Shown: piece by piece, positions 63,541-64,000 of the stretch
How positions within the stretch are numbered: position 1 is the stretch's first letter
Layout: every line of letters starts with the position of its first letter
Assembly: GCA_049967475.1 (NCBI GenBank)
Contig: JBMFSQ010000008.1
Location: 73,349-137,348, forward strand
Direction of reading: 5' to 3'
From: Chthonomonadales bacterium
GTDB lineage: Bacteria > Armatimonadota > Chthonomonadetes > Chthonomonadales > CAJBBX01
Length of the DNA: 64,000 nucleotides
Program-made: the position numbers and the translations under genes
Notes under the pieces: model-generated
What the model saw: only the letters and a program-made list of their open reading frames with translations
What the model was told of the DNA's origin: nothing
The model's database searches: none

Positions 63541-64000
63541 TCAGGCGCGCTTGCGCATGCGGAGCAGGAACAGGGTGGACCCGAAGAGCCCGATGACGGC
63601 CGTATGCGCTCCGGAAACGGGGACAGGACCCGGCACTTGCACCTGCCCGAGGTTGCCCTGGGGAGTCCCAGTCTTCGTGTTGTGGTCCTGGGATCCGTAC
63701 CCGCCAGCCTTCAACTTGCTGGCATCCGAGAGCGACTTGAACGCGTAATCGCCCAGATATTGCGGGCCAACCACGTTCCCAGAACCGGCCCATGACACAA
63801 GGGCTGCCCAGGTCAACTTGTTAAAGCCCGGCGTCACAGTCACCGGGGGCGGTCCTGCCGGGTTGATTACGGGGGTTGGCGCAGGCAGCCAGCTCGCCTT
63901 CCACCCGTCAGCCATGTCCGTTGCTCCGACGATGCCCCAATCCGCAAAGGGCTCGCTTGTGATGTCGAGGGCGCCGTGCAACGCGTTGTCCAAGTCCGCC
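63541..64000 (-). CDS. PEP-CTERM-like exosortase substrate (5' end outside window)
   Basis: Frame open to the window edge; C-terminus VPGP-VPVSGAHTAVIGLFGSTLFLL-RMRKRA (motif + TM + basic tail). Confidence 0.75.
   Translation of the reverse strand, partial: ADLDNALHGALDITSEPFADWGIVGATDMADGWKASWLPAPTPVINPAGPPPVTVTPGFNKLTWAALVSWAGSGNVVGPQYLGDYAFKSLSDASKLKAGGYGSQDHNTKTGTPQGNLGQVQVPGPVPVSGAHTAVIGLFGSTLFLLRMRKRA

Overview
A GC-rich, densely coding bacterial chromosome segment. It is most consistent with a diderm Terrabacteria lineage, probably Armatimonadota; this is inferred from SigH, Terrabacteria-type RNA polymerase insertions, a long beta-barrel-tipped MlaD and exosortase/EpsI occurring together. 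In order it holds: a truncated cysteine synthase; a complete alternative complex III operon (actABCDEFG) continuing into sco and an A2-type caa3 oxidase (coxBACD); an FxLYD protein; an amidase with a small Tat-signal partner gene; tRNA-Lys; a stand-alone rpoBC with several lineage-specific insertions; a fused E1 dehydrogenase, GH172 and O-methyltransferase group divergent from a DeoR regulator; fadD-mlaE-mlaF-mlaD followed by rplI-dnaB-purD-purE; gluconokinase and an aminotransferase; a PilZ plus HD-GYP/GAF/GGDEF c-di-GMP pair; glmU-prs; a 6S RNA divergent from sigH-tRNA-Thr; a cyclase-STAND-TPR protein; secreted and lipoprotein genes; and part of an exosortase/EpsI/polysaccharide cluster. The best candidates for undescribed systems are (1) an acyl-CoA ligase translationally coupled to a trans-envelope MlaEFD, suggesting fatty-acid import, (2) a divergent exosortase next to a substrate with a non-canonical VPVSG-TM-basic tail, (3) a possible Tat hitch-hiker amidase pair, and (4) a helical trigger-loop insertion and a flap-region zinc ribbon in RNA polymerase. 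No CRISPR array, integrase, transposase or rRNA was seen. All calls come from manual motif reading, with no database searches.
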